Assembly: GCA_951406725.2 (NCBI GenBank)
Contig: OX597826.1
Location: forward strand, 74,276,001 to 74,340,000
Length of the DNA: 64,000 nt
Source of the DNA: Octopus vulgaris
Lineage: Eukaryota
Direction: 5' to 3'
Part shown: one piece after another, positions 38,161 through 52,871 of the stretch
How positions within the stretch are numbered: the first letter of the stretch is position 1
Layout of the letters: the number at the start of each line of letters is the position of its first letter
The notes under the pieces: model-generated
What the model was told of the DNA's origin: nothing
The model's database searches: none
The model's input: only the letters and a program-made list of their open reading frames with translations
Translations under genes and position numbers: made by a program

Positions 38161-38546
38161 GTGGAGGCGCAATGGCCCAGTGGTTAGGGCAGCGGACTCG
38201 CGGTCGTAGGATCGCGGTTTCGATTCCCAGACCGGTGTTTATTGAGCGAAAACACCTAAAGTTCCACGAGGCTCCGACGAGGCTCCGACAGGGGATGGTG
38301 GTGATCCCTGCTGTACTCTTTCACCACAACTTTCTCTCACTCTTACTTCCTGTTTCTGTTGTACCTGTATTTCAAAGGGCCGGCCTTGTCACTCTCTGTG
38401 TCACGCTGAATATCCCCGAGAACTACGTTAAGGGTACACGTGTCTGTGGAGTGCTCAGCCACTTGCACGTTAATTTCACGAGCAGGCTGTTCCATTGATT
38501 CGGATCAACCGGAACCCTCGTCGTCGTAACCGACGGAGTGCTTCCC
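38161..38546 (+). mobile_element. SINE family C, tail type 2
   Basis: TSD ACCAGGTGTGA at 38150 and 38547; homologous to 46868-47230. Confidence 0.9.
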
Positions 38547-39072
38547 ACCAGGTGTGACTTCATTGAACGATTCGATACTTTAGCCGTAGTTAGTGACTGT
38601 GGCGTTTATACCTTTTATTGATCTCCGACTTGTAATTCTATGCCGGAGGGTGCTCCCCACAGACCGCAGCTTGCTTATATCACTAGGTTATTATCTCTTT
38701 ACTAACGACTACAAATGGTTCTGTGAAACTAATTATTTCTCGTAACCAGAACTATTGGTTATATGACACAAGTGTTTCTTAGTGATTCAGCAGTCTTCCA
38801 TACAGTGTATACATAAATGAAAATTTTGCGTGCAGACGCAGAGTCGAAACATTGTTGTAACCATGATGTTCTGGTGATCTGATGAGTAAGCCTTCTTTAT
38901 CTGCATTGATTTGTACACGTACAATTGTATTGTACAAGGCGTAGTGTGCATATTGGTGCAAACATGTAAAATAATTTATTATACAACTGAAATTATGAAA
39001 GTTGCGAAACAGCCATAATCATAAGTGGTTAAATAAATATATTCACCTCTCATACCTCCTGACTTTCTATGG

Positions 39073-39120
<48 letters not shown>

Positions 39121-39325
39121 TTTTATATATATATATATATATCTTTATATATATAAATCTGAGAATGTGTGTCTGTCTGTCTGTCTGTCTGTCTGTGTGT
39201 TTCCCTAAAACTTGAGAACTACACAACCAATTTCATTCAAATTTTACACATGCCTTACTTAGGGTCCATGTAGTTTCATGGGCAAAAAAAATGTTCAACT
39301 TCTTGCCTAGAGCGAGTCTATAGCA

Positions 39326-39430
39326 ACCGAACCGAACCGAACCGAACCAATCCGAACCGAACCGATCCGAACCGAACCGAACCGAACCGAACCGGACCGG
39401 ACCGGACCTGACCGAACCGAACCGAATCGA
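39326..39430. repeat. (AACCG)n pentamer array following a Helitron-like 5' segment (~39142-39325)
   Basis: Array seen directly; the Helitron call rests only on a TC..TATAAA start followed by (GTCT)n. Confidence 0.85.
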
Positions 39431-40207
39431 CTTTCACTCCTAAAAAATAACATAAGATTTACTTAGAAGTAAACAGAAGAAGGGTTGAATTAGAATCGAC
39501 TGCGGTTATCTGTTCCCTGAGAATTGTTATGTCTTCATCAAATATCCAGCCACGACAAGGTCTTGAGACGTTTCCTTTCTACTCATTTTATGTCTCTTCG
39601 AAATATTCAAGGAAGTTCTAGATTCATTACGTTTAAGCATTTTCTTTTTACCCAATCCTGTCTCTTAAGTGACAGTGCGTGGCCTAAGTGGTCAGGACGT
39701 TTCACGCAAGATCGCGGTTTCGATTCTCAGACCGAGCGGTGCGTTATATTATTGAGTAAAAAAAAAATTCCTTTTACGCTGTTCCAGTTTACTCGGATGT
39801 AAACCAGTACCCCGGCAACAGACTGGCATCCAGCCCAGCGGAGGATGCTGTGATTTCGGTCACTTATACGCCATGGAAGCAGGTTAATCGTCCCAATGAA
39901 TCCTAAGACACGAGACAAGCAAAGTACATGTTCTCACCTTGGTGGGAGAGGGTCACACAAATGGAAAATTCCGCACCATGAAGTCAGGTAGGGTTCTGTA
40001 TAAAAGCAATATTTGCTCATCGGAATCAGTTTACGCTTCTTTGTCCCGCAACCAATTTCCTGTTCTTTCTCAGTTCAAGTAGTCCCAGAACTTGATGTCA
40101 CTTGCAGCGATTTGAACCTATTTCTAAATATTCTTAATAGATATCGAAATGTTGGGAACCGTTAGATTATTCCCGAAGTATCGATGCACTACCCAGTTCT
40201 TAGATAT

Positions 40208-40515
40208 TGTTGTTTGTTCCTTCTCGAGCCACGCCTGGCTCATACGGGCCGGTTTCCCGGTTTCCTTGGCGTATAGGTTCCCCACCTGGAAGGGACGCCG
40301 GCCTGTCGCAGGTGAGCTGCAAGATGCAGGAGGAAAGAATGAGAGAAAGTTGTGGCCAAAGAGTCAGCAGAAGTTCGCCATTACCTTCTGCCGAAGCCGC
40401 GTGGAGCTTAGGTGTGTCACTCATAAACACACACATCGCCCGGTCTGAGATTCGAACCCGCGATCCCTCGACCGCGAGTCCGCTGCTCTAACCACTAGGC
40501 TATGTGCTTCCACAT
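40208..40515 (-). mobile_element. SINE family C-related, third body type
   Basis: tRNA-like head at the right end; TSD TTCTTAGATAT at ~40198 and ~40517; head also present at 53932-54053(+). Confidence 0.8.
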
Positions 40516-41084
40516 TTCTTAGATATAGATGAGACAAATTTCACAATTTCTTGTTTAATTAGACTGATTTGCTTATTGTTACATACAGCGATGCCACAAA
40601 AAAGTGATTTATTGCAAATCTATTCATACGTTTACTATATTTTAAAGGTACATGGTGTTACCCATGGAAATAAAGAACGCAGTTGGTGAGTACAGGCTAG
40701 GAACAGGGGACACAGTGGGTGCTAGCGCAGCCCCTCAAATTTTGGTGGGTGGGGAGCATGGAAATGCTTTGAATATACTCCTGTGAAACGTCATCGCCAA
40801 AACAAACGTAGTTGATATATTAAGCTAACATTATTGAAAATAAGACATTTTAGCACTTGTCTGTTTTCAGGAGGCCGTGAAAATATTTACTTTTTGGTCT
40901 GGAAACCATTTGATGTGTCAAAAATACTTGGTGTTTAGGTAAAACAAAATGAGAAAGTGTTTCCTTTTATAAGGGAACACTATGAGGGACGAAGGTAAAA
41001 CGTAGCATAGATGTTTCTAGTTCGATACTGTAAAGTATATCAGTGTGATTTTGTTATTATTGAAGTTGGTTTACTAAATATTGA

Positions 41085-41646
41085 TTTCAAATCTTGGCAA
41101 AAGGCCAGTAATTTCGGAGGAGGGGGTAAATCTATTACATCGACCTCACTACTCAACTGGTACTTATTTTATCGACCCCGAAAGGAGAAAAGGCAAAGTC
41201 GATCAGAACGTAAAGACGGATGAAATGCCTATTTCTTTACTACCCACAAGGGGCTAAACACAGAGAGGACAAACAAGGACAGATAAACGGATTAAGTCGA
41301 TTACATTGACCCCAGTGCGTAACTGGTATTTATTTAATCGACCCCGAAAGGATGAAAGGCAAAGTCGACCTCGGCGGAATTTTAAACTCAGTACGTAATG
41401 CCAGACGAAATACCTATTTCTTTATTACCCACAAGGGGCTAAACATAGAGGGGACAAACAAGGACAGACATAGGTATTAAGTCGATTACATCGACCCCAG
41501 TGCGTAACTGGTACTTAATTTATCGACCCCGAAAGGATGAAAAGCAAAGTCGACCTCGGCGGAATTTGAACTCGCGACGTAACGGTAGACGAAATACGGC
41601 TACGCATTTCGCCTGGCGTGCTAACGTCTCTGCCAGCTCGTTGCCT
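41085..41646 (-). mobile_element. SINE family B, head plus three body units
   Basis: Tandem units seen directly. Confidence 0.85.
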
Positions 41647-42426
41647 GGTTCCTCTAAATATTTTAATATAATTCTGTTTAATGTGAGCAAAACATTGTTA
41701 TTGAATACTCAGCTGTATAGTGTTAACAGAAGAGAGCTGCAACGGTTAACAGCGAAAGCAATCGCCATTGGGCAAAATTACGGTCTTCATCGCCCTTAAA
41801 TTTGTGCTGGTTGCAGGGATGATATTAGGTCCAGTGATGACTCGCATCGTGCAGATGAATGTCTAAAGAGGTAAGTGTACAAAAAGATATTTTTTTTCCA
41901 TAAGAAATTATAACGACGCAGTTTCCCCATCAAATCTTTCTCTTGTGTTGATGTATCACCGGGTTTATGACTTGGTGAGCTTTAACAATTAACCCCATAA
42001 AACATTTTCAATTTTCCCTTTCAAAAGCGCTTTCAAGTGTTTGGCAAAGGAAAAACACTTCTGACAAGATGAATATTTTTACGCTAATGGGGCGCTGACA
42101 TAGATTATTTTTTAAAATTAAGTTATTATAGTAAAATTGTAAAAAAAAAAAAAAACGATTATTATTTGAAAAATCTATATATGTTCTGCCTTAACATCAT
42201 GCCTTAAGATTAAATTACATGGGTTCACACAAAATAAATAAATATATCAATGAATAATAATCGTAATAAGAAATTTAAAATAATAAATAATGCACCAGAT
42301 GGCTTGCATTTTCACATTGAGAATTATTTGGTGCTTTAACGTAACTTTCTAATACTTGAATAATATTTAAACTCCTTTTGCCAGAAGGAGAGAAGATTGA
42401 GCAATATATATATATGCAGCACGGAC

Positions 42427-42476
42427 TTTGTCAGTGAACAGGTCGCGGATTTTAGCGACGAAAATATTTTGACAAA
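42427..42476 (+). ncRNA. Minimal type-I hammerhead, G3:C8 variant
   Basis: TTTGTCA-GTGAACA-G-GTCGC-ggatttta-GCGAC-GAAA-ATAT-TT-TGACAAA; 7-bp stem I and 5-bp stem II, both perfect. Confidence 0.68.
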
Positions 42477-42553
42477 TTAAACTTAAATGTTGAAGTGAAT
42501 CGAACGGCTTTTGTGTGTTTCTTAAATGGCTTATAAACACCTTCCACGCTGCA

Positions 42554-42617
<64 letters not shown>

Positions 42618-42776
42618 CCTCGTTGCTAAACGAATGAGATTTCAGTGCGACTTTGTTTATTGATCGGAGGGTCTGAACAGCTGGCACTGTGGTTGAGATC
42701 CCGTTTAGGGGAAATTTGACCGTACGAAAGCGTTGCACCAGTGGAGGAATCTGCATCGTGAACACTGTAGATGTTC

Positions 42777-42826
42777 ATATGGAATCCGATGAAGGCGTTG
42801 GATTACGCCGAGATATCATGCTGTGT
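42777..42826 (+). ncRNA. Hammerhead-like motif, U4C, with GAGA in place of GAAA
   Basis: CCGATGA-A-GGCGT-tggatt-ACGCC-GAGA-TA-TC; wobble-rich stem I. Confidence 0.48.
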
Positions 42827-42955
42827 ATGAATAATTTGCTTACAATAAATGATCTGACTTTTACTTAATTCGTTAATATTATCCTCCTCTCTCTCTCTTT
42901 CTTTCTGTCTGTCTGTTGTCTGTCTGTCTGTCTGTCTCTCTCTATATACATATAC

Positions 42956-43009
<54 letters not shown>

Positions 43010-43047
43010 CTGTGTGTATCTATGTATATATATATACATATGTATGT

Positions 43048-43102
<55 letters not shown>

Positions 43103-43189
43103 CATGTATATATAAATTATAACAAATAATCCTGTATTTATCTAATATCGAGATCTCATTCTTTTGTTGTCACTTATTATTATTATTAT

Positions 43190-44262
<1,073 letters not shown>

Positions 44263-44354
44263 GAAATTTACAGAAAGACGAAGACAGGTGTGTGAACAAC
44301 AGGAAGGTGTATTAGTTTGACGCTCGGGAAAGCGAGAAAATCTTTTACGTTTAT

Positions 44355-44407
<53 letters not shown>

Positions 44408-44410
44408 GTC

Positions 44411-44458
44411 GTTGTCAGATGAAGGCTAGCTTGCCGAAACTTCGAAGTCACTGTCAAC
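44411..44458 (+). ncRNA. Degenerate hammerhead, same family as 19912-19955
   Basis: CAGATGA-A-GGC-tagctt-GCC-GAAA-CTTCGAAG-TC-ACTGTCAAC. Confidence 0.52.
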
Positions 44459-45149
44459 ACTATTCATATAAAAGAAAAATAGATATGTACTCTACAAAAC
44501 GAGTATCGAGTAATCCTTCTGTTAAACATAACAGTGCTTTTATTATAACACGACTTAGAATATTTACACACACACACACACACATCGATCAGCATAATTT
44601 GTGTCTAGCAATTTCTTCTTGCAAAACAGAAAGACGTACTCTCCTACGTTACTGCGCATTAGGATGGAACCCAACGCCACGTGGTTACTAGTGATAATAT
44701 AACCGTACCTGCACCATGCCAACACCCTCATTTGCTGTCATCATTATGTTTGCTTATCTCGCCAATTTACACTTTGAAAATCTCCAAAAGAAAGGATATT
44801 GAAGGATATCTCTTCTCCCTTCACCTCAATGTCTTATATTTACATAATGGTATATGTGCGAAAGTATACGAGTGTGTGTATTTACGGTATTTGAGGGTAT
44901 TTGAGTGTGTGAGTACATATATGTGCAAGTGTCTGTGTGTGTGTGTGTGTGTGTATGTGTGTGTGTATGTGTGTGTATATGTGTGTGTGGTGTGTGAGTA
45001 AATGCGTATTGACTGCGATTAGCTTATTTTAAGGACATCAAGAAAAGTATATAGTTATTCTCTCTTACAGTTGTAACTAATGAGAGATATGAAAATAGAG
45101 ACAGTAATATATATGTTTGTATGTATATATACAAACATATATATCACTG

Positions 45150-45209
<60 letters not shown>

Positions 45210-45738
45210 AGAGTGAAAGAGTGAGAGACAGAGAGAGGGGAAGAGAGAGAGAAAGACAGAGAGTAATGAAGAATAATAAAATGAGAAATAATGGCTGGGG
45301 AGTAAGTAATCTGATATGGAAATTACGAAAGTTAGAAGGGAAAAACAAATATAATAACGATATAGAATTAATATCGATATAGAAATATCCATTTTAATCT
45401 GTCTCGAGGTAATTTAAAATTTAAATGAAGAAAATCAATTTCGAAGGGAAGCAGCCATGTTATTGAAAACGATGCTGAAGCAATGCGAAGAAGACATTAT
45501 ATTTCTGTGGTTCTATTTTTGTCCGGTTTTCGAATGTAATTAGAATTATTTTTAGCAAAGAAAATAAATTGAATGTCTTTACACAGGAAGACCGATCGGT
45601 GGCTGGATGTTTCTCAAAATAATATTAAGAATATAAAACAAAATCTTAGGGAAGTGAAAAGGGGCGAAAGTCTGGGAGATAAGAGACGGTTAAAAGACAT
45701 TAACAATACGAAGCTGTTAACTCACGGTGATTGTATGT

Positions 45739-45769
<31 letters not shown>

Positions 45770-46046
45770 GTTGGCTACATATGGGGAGCAACGTTGTTCC
45801 AGCCAAACCAGTTCTTGAGATAACTGTAATCTATCAGGCACCTTATGTCAGAGAGGCAGAATATTGATATGAAGCCAAACAATGCAGCATTCAGAGCAAA
45901 AGAAAGAAAAAAAAAATTGCATACTCTTAATATTCGAGGTCTTATTTGCAAAACTGTGGCCACTAATCGTACCCAGCAACAGATTAGTGTCGCCTTCTTA
46001 TAAAACAAAATCAAAAAGGACAACTTAAACAATATGTACATATGTA

Positions 46047-46626
46047 AGGCGGCGAGCTGGCAGAAACGTTAGCACGCCGGACGAAATGCTTAGCGTCATT
46101 TCGTCCGCCCTTACGGTTTGTGTTCAAATTCCGCCGAGGTCGACTTTGCCTTTCATCCTTTCGGAGTCGATTAAATAAGTACCAGTTACGCACTGGGGTC
46201 GATATAATCGACTTAATCCGTTTGTCTGTCATTGTTTGTCCTCTCTGTGGGTAATAAAGAAATAAGTATTTCGCCTGTCTTTACGTCCTGAGTTCAAATT
46301 CAGCCGAGCTCGACTTTGCCTTTCATCCTTTCGGGGTCGATAAATTAAGTATTAGTTGCGTACTTGGGTCGATATAATCGACTGGCCCCCTCCCCCAAAA
46401 TTTTGGGCTTCGTGCCTAAAGTAGAGACGAATATATACCTTTGCGAGCTGGCGGAAAAGCGGCGGTTTGGCAGAATCGTTAGCGCGCCGGGCAAAATGCT
46501 TAGCGGCATTTAGTCCGTCGTTACGTTCTGAGTTCAAATTCCACCGAAGCCGACTTTGCCTTTCATCCTTTCGGGGACGATAAAATAAGTACCAGTCGAA
46601 CACTGAGGTTGATGTAATCGACTTAA
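46047..46626 (+). mobile_element. Cluster of SINE family B copies
   Basis: Head plus two units, followed by a second head plus one unit. Confidence 0.83.
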
Positions 46627-46867
46627 CTACTTTTGCGTAAGAGTATATAAAACTGTAGCTCTGTGCCAAGCTGTGTCGTCGAACTAATGGGACAGAGTAG
46701 GCTCATCATAACGTGTTATTATGAAGCTCAAATTCACGGACCGTAGTTGGATGGAGAAAACATGCTAAGGCCTTCGTCCTGCAGTGAACATAAGCAATCC
46801 AGTCCAGTCCAATATATAAAATTGAGGGGACAATTATACTCCAGGCTATCGATAGTCCCTTTATGTA

Positions 46868-47230
46868 TGGAGGCGCAATGGCCCAGTGGTTAGGGCAGCC
46901 GACTCGCGGTCGTAGGATCGCGGTTTCGATTCCCAGACCGGGCGTTGTGAGTGTTTATTGAGCGAAAACACCTAAAAGCTCCACGAGGCTCCGGCAGGGA
47001 TGGTGGTGATCCCTGCTGTACTCTTTCATCACAACTTTCTCTCACTCTTACTTCCTGTTTCTGTTGTACCTGTATTTCAAAGGGCCGGCCTTGTCACTCT
47101 CTGTGTCACGCTGAATATCCCCGAGAACTACGTTAAGGATACACGTGTCTGTGTATTTCACGAGCAGGCTGTTCCGTAGATCGGATCAACCGGAACCCTC
47201 GTCGTCGTAACCGACGGATTGCTTCTATCC
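46868..47230 (+). mobile_element. SINE family C, tail type 2
   Basis: TSD AGTCCCTTTATGTA at 46854 and 47231. Confidence 0.9.
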
Positions 47231-47993
47231 AGTCCCTTTATGTAGGAACTTGGCTAGTGTAGTTTTCAGTTAACTAAATAAACATAGGTTAAACTCCAAT
47301 TGATTAGAAAATGCAACAGAGCAAACTTCGCTAAAGGCACCCGAAGGGTATCAATGATGGAGCCGAGGGATGGATTAGATCTATCCCCTAAGCAAGTCTT
47401 AGTAAGATTCGTATTTGAAGTGAGAATGCAAAGAGCCGGAACAAGTAGCTGATCAGGTCCGAAGGTCCTACTTTCGCCAATCCTCCACCTTTATCAAAAC
47501 CGTAAAAACGAAAAGCAAAGTTGGCCTCGGTTGGATTTGAACTCAGAGTAAGAAAATACAATGATGTATTCTTTCCGACGCTCTGACGACTCTGCCAAGT
47601 TGTTGCCTCTACACATATCGGCTGCATAAAGTTTGTTTTGCAAGTTTGTTGTTTAGAGAAAAGATTTTTGATGTTTGAACAGAGCTGTTCTTCGGGAGGA
47701 TTTTTTTTTCCTTCTCGTCAGAATATGAGATCGTAAAAATAGTGAAGAATTATTGAAAATGGCAGGAGTTTAGTTATTGCAGATTCGTGGGAGAGAGTGG
47801 TTAGAGGAAGAGAGAATAAGTGAGAAAGGGGAGGGAGGAGAGAGAGAGAAAGAAAGAGAGAGCGGTGGAGGAAGAAAAAGAGAGTGGAGAGTTGGGGGTG
47901 AAGGAGAACAAGAACGAGAAGGCAGAGGAAGACTTGGTCTTTCTGTTGGCTGGTTGAAGGTCAGAGATAGGCAGACAGCTTGACAATAACAAA

Positions 47994-48080
<87 letters not shown>

Positions 48081-49185
48081 CGCGCGCACAGTGTTGAAAT
48101 CGACCTACGAGATATGCACAGATAAATGGTAGAAAGTTGCTGTTTGCTCGCACGTTCTCACACATGCACACACCTACATGTAAGAATGCAAGGCATCTTG
48201 GAGAACAATAATGTGCATATACGCACAACACCTGTATGCATGCAATGCACATTATTGCTATATGCATTGGATTACGAATGCATATATATATATATATATA
48301 TAGATAGAAAACCTTGGGTGCACATGCGCACACACGTGTTCGCACATTCTTACAAGCGTTCTGCATCCATACATGTCTAAGTGCAACTGCACACAGACAT
48401 TCGTACGTATGTAAACGTTTATCAGAAAAGCATGAACACAGTTCAGAACAATACGTTCGGGATGGGGGTCACCTTAGGAAAAAAGAAAAGAACTTGTTTG
48501 TTTAAACCAAAAAGAAAACCTGTTCAAGCGCAAAGATAATGCTTTTGTTCTTTGCATCGCCTTTAATGTGTCCCCTCATCGTATCAAGAAATCCTGGGCA
48601 CCGAAAAGGGTTTGTCACGAGTGTTGTCACGAGTATTTTACACATATTTGTTTACATGAAGTTCAGGTAATATTCCGTCTAATGACGTAATGAAATAGTC
48701 ACATACAATAAATGGTCAAGTTGACTTACCACCTAAAACTCCGACTCCGACTGCGGCTAAAAACAAAAGGCAGAGATGTTATAGCTGCCTAGCAATGAAT
48801 GGCCAAAGGTGGTTTATCGTCGAGTAGTTAAGCATACAGTAGAAATAAATAACAAACAGGCAAACAACTAGAATGAGTTTAAATTATGGTGTTTGTATAT
48901 TTAAATATTTAAACATAATTTATGAGTTGCTGCGACAGAGTAGATCATAAGAAATATAAAAAAGAAAAGTAGGAAGGTGTACACATGCCCTTACAGCTGT
49001 TTCAAGAAAAGATATACATATGGCGCATTTCCTGTAAAAGTAGATAAGATATCCATGTAGTAGCGGTCTGTTCCATCCTCGGAGAGAAAATGAGGGAAAT
49101 CCTGCAGCAATTAGGCTTAAATATACGAATGCCATGAGCTAAACTGATGTTTACCTGCTCATACTTTCATTCTATTTGTTTTTTT

Positions 49186-49570
49186 TTTCTACTCAAGGCA
49201 CAAGGCCCAAAATTTATGGGGAGGGGAAGACAGTCGATTAGATCGATCCCAGTACTCAACTAGTACTTAATTTATCGGCCCCGAAAGGATGAAAGGCAAA
49301 GTCGACCTCGGCGGAATTCGAAGTCAGAACGTAAAGACAGACGAAATACCTATTTCTTTACTGCCCACAAGGGGCTAAACACAGAGGGGACAAACAAGGA
49401 CAGACAAACGGATTAAGTCGATTATATCGACCCCAGTGCGTAACTGGTACTTATTTAATCGACCCCGAAAGGATGAAAGGCAAAGTCGACTTCGGCGGAA
49501 TTTGAACTCAGAACGTAAAGGCTACGCATTTCGCATTTCGCCCGGCGTGCTAACGTTTCTGCCGGCTCGA
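49186..49570 (-). mobile_element. SINE family B, two units
   Basis: Homolog of family B. Confidence 0.85.
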
Positions 49571-50138
49571 CCCATTGACTCGTAGAATTAATATTATTAA
49601 ATTAAAGAAAAAATAAAGACCAAAATACAACACCGTATTTTATCTCGTCCTCACAATTTGAACTTTCGAGTCTAATCTGATTTCCTCAAACGTAATCACA
49701 TCGCTCTCTTTTCGTTTTTAAATAAAAGTTCTGAATGTTGTGTTGGGGGGTCAACCAGTGGGAATAACCCATTTCTGATTGGTTTATTGAGGTTGTTTAA
49801 ATAGAGGATCTAAGTCTCTTTGCAAGTGGAATATACACGATGTTCATCTGGGTGTTCACGCTAAATTTCACACTTAAATATTAATCTTACTTCTACGCCT
49901 CACTGAAAGCAAATATTTGTAAAATATAATGTCAAATAAAATTATCAGCGAGATAAAATGGTAAATAAAGTAGGAACCAGTTTGAACTTCACCCTGAATT
50001 ATCCGTCGCTTATCCATAAAATCACTTGACATTTGGGTAGAATAAACACACGGGTAACAAACAATTACAACATCGCCCTGTTTGTCTCTTTCCGTACCGA
50101 TTAACAAACCTCAATCCTCCATATTTTCGACACAGAGT

Positions 50139-50206
<68 letters not shown>

Positions 50207-50625
50207 CATGTGTGTGTGTATTGCTGTATGGTAATTATAATTACAAATCAATGCATTTGAAACAGATGGCTTGTAATACTAGTTACCACACACAAACACC
50301 CAATGAACTCTGCACGCTTCCAGTACACACACACACATGCACACTCTTCCACTGCACACGCATACACACATGTATGTGTATGTATCCTCTCACACACAGT
50401 ATTTCTTTCCTTTTTTTTTTCAAACGAAATTTTCAGAAACCTCACACTGTGCAACTCACGGATTCTGAATCCGAACTTAAGTTGATTAAATCAACATTGA
50501 ATCCTCATCAGCTCTAAAACATATATTCACTTGATTGTCAGTGTGGTCCTGTTTGATGTGCAAAAAAAAAAAATCTATGTGAAAAATTATGATTAAATAA
50601 ATAACACTACCCAATTAGGTGCTGA

Positions 50626-51035
50626 GAACGTTTTTTTTCTACTCTAGGCACAAGGCCCGAAATTTTCGGGTAGGGTACTAGTCGATTAGATTAACCCCAG
50701 GACGCAACTCGTACTTAAATTATCGATCCCGAAAGGATAAGAGGTAAAGTTGATCTCGCCGGAATTTGAACTCAGAACGTAGCGGCAGACGAAATACCTA
50801 TTTCTATTTCTTTACTACCCACAAGGGGCTAAACACAGAGAGGACAAACAAGGACAGACAAACGGATTAAGTCGATTACATCAACCCAGTGCGTAACTGG
50901 TACTTAATTTATCGACCCCGAAAGGATGAAAGGCAAAGTCGACCTCGGCGGAATTTGAACTCAGAACGTAGCAGCAGACGAAATACTGCTAAGCATTTCG
51001 CCCGACGTGCTAACGTTTCTGCCAGCTCGCCGCCT
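50626..51035 (-). mobile_element. SINE family B, two units, full length
   Basis: Flanked by TTAGGTGCTGA at 50615 and 51036. Confidence 0.87.
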
Positions 51036-51433
51036 TTAGGTGCTGATAATATTGATTGACTACAGATACAACATCAATTTTCCGGAAGCTTTGACTGCAA
51101 ACCATCTCTGCATTATTGAATTTTCCGTACCAAGGGTGGCCACCTTCCTCAACACACTCTAAATTGAACAAATATTAAATTTACTCCGGTAAGTACAAGT
51201 ACATTAGTATAAATGACACGAGTTTATTAATTGTGTACTCTGCCAGGTACTAGTCTAGATAAAGTTCCAATAAACTGGTGTGGCGGCTGTGGGAATCTGA
51301 ACTTTCTGCTCGTAAATTAGTGCAGATAATAAAAGGTTCCGGAACTTCAGTGTCCAGAATGTAGATGTACATCTATTAATAACATTGCTTAGAGAACAAG
51401 CTTCTACTTGAAGCTTTATTCATGGTAAAATAC

Positions 51434-51474
<41 letters not shown>

Positions 51475-51477
<3 letters not shown>

Positions 51478-51838
51478 GACCTGCTCATTGAAATTGAGAA
51501 AATGTGGCATCTCAAGGCGGTTACAATACCAGTGATCGTAGGAGCACTAGGAATGATCAAGAAGGGAACCGAAAATTATATGAGAATGATCCCTGGCTTA
51601 CCATCCCTGCAAGAAGTGCAAAAGATTCTCTTAACTGGTACATCACACCTATTGAGAAGAGCATTGTCGATGTGAGAACTATTACTACCCATGTAGTAAT
51701 AGTTTTTTAACTTAAAAAAAAAATGAACGAACTATTGAGTTTAGTTTAATGGCCTACCAATATATACTATGAGTTTCTTTGCCCTAGGAGTCGGGAAGAC
51801 ACTCGGCAAGAAATGGAAGCAAATTTGAAAGAAGAAGA
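51475..51838 (+). mobile_element. R4/Dong-like LINE 3' end in (TAA)n
   Basis: KDLLIEIEKMWHLKAVTIPVIVGALGMIKK...LLTGTSHLLRRALSM*; TAA repeats on both sides. Confidence 0.85.
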
Positions 51839-52332
51839 TAATGATAATAATAATAAGTGAATGTGAACAAATTTTTATTCCTGGGGCTTGGAAACACTGA
51901 TGAGGAAGAAACCTTTGTTGACATAATAATCTTTTCTGTTATAGGCACAAAGCCTGAAATTTTGTGGGAGGGGTCAAGTCGATTACATCAATCCCAATCT
52001 TCAACACGTGCTTTATTTTGCCGGTCCCGCAAAATAGAAAAGATAAGTCGACCTCGGTAGGATTTGAGCTTTGAACGTAAAACCAGAAAAAAATCTCGCT
52101 AAGCATTTCGACCGGTGTGTTAACGATTCTGCCAGCTCGCAGCTTTTATAACAATAATGAGGGTTTCAAATTTTGGCACAAGGCCAGCATTTTCGAAAGG
52201 GTGGGTAAGTTAATTGCATCGATCCCAGTGTTCCAGTGGTACTTATTTTATCGTCCTCGAAAGGATGATTGTCAAATCGGAAGCATTTTATCCGGCGCAG
52301 TAAGATTCTGCCAGTTTGGCCGCCTTAATAGC

Positions 52333-52360
<28 letters not shown>

Positions 52361-52364
<4 letters not shown>

Positions 52365-52650
52365 CCAAAATGGCAGAAATTCGAAAGATAGTGCTCATGG
52401 GAACTGCTCATATCCTACGCAAAATACTCTCTATGTAATCCCAAGGTTTAAAACAAACTTTTTTTTATTTAATTATTATTATTATTATTTTTTAAAAAAT
52501 TTTATTTTTATATATTAGACATTCACTAGTACAACACCAAAAAAAAAAAAACCAAATATATGGCACAGAACTTCCAACCTGTTGTCTCTTGAGGTCTCTG
52601 GGTGAGACTTGGAGCCAACTTGTACAGACATAAAGCAAAAGCCAAACATA

Positions 52651-52652
<2 letters not shown>
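52361..52652 (+). mobile_element. R4/Dong-like LINE 3' end in (TAA)n
   Basis: PKMAEIRKIVLMGTAHILRKILSM*; TAA repeats on both sides. Confidence 0.8.
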
Positions 52653-52694
<42 letters not shown>

Positions 52695-52817
52695 TGTTTA
52701 ACTATATGCACAAAGCCTGAAATTTTGGAGAGGAAGGTTAATAATAATTATAATAATCCGTTCTACTATAGGCACAAGGCCGAAAGGTTTGGGGACAGAG
52801 GCTAGTCGATAAAATTC

Positions 52818-52871
52818 AACAAAACCTGTTACTCGGAGTTTCACGTTCCCGTTCGTCGGACAGTTTTTGTT
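52818..52871 (-). ncRNA. Minimal type-I hammerhead, U4C variant, long stem I
   Basis: Minus strand AACAAAAACTGT-CCGACGA-ACG-ggaa-CGT-GAAA-CTCCGAG-TA-ACAGGTTTTGTT. Confidence 0.75.

Noticed and set aside
38161-38235. SINE heads as functional tRNA genes
   Set aside because: No complete cloverleaf, and they are followed by SINE bodies with TSDs.
33214-41646. Regularly spaced palindromic GTCGA repeats resembling a CRISPR array
   Set aside because: The intervening sequences are also repeated (SINE units), there are no cas genes, and the context is eukaryotic.
51897-51915. CTGATGAGGAAGAAAC
   Set aside because: No stem II possible.
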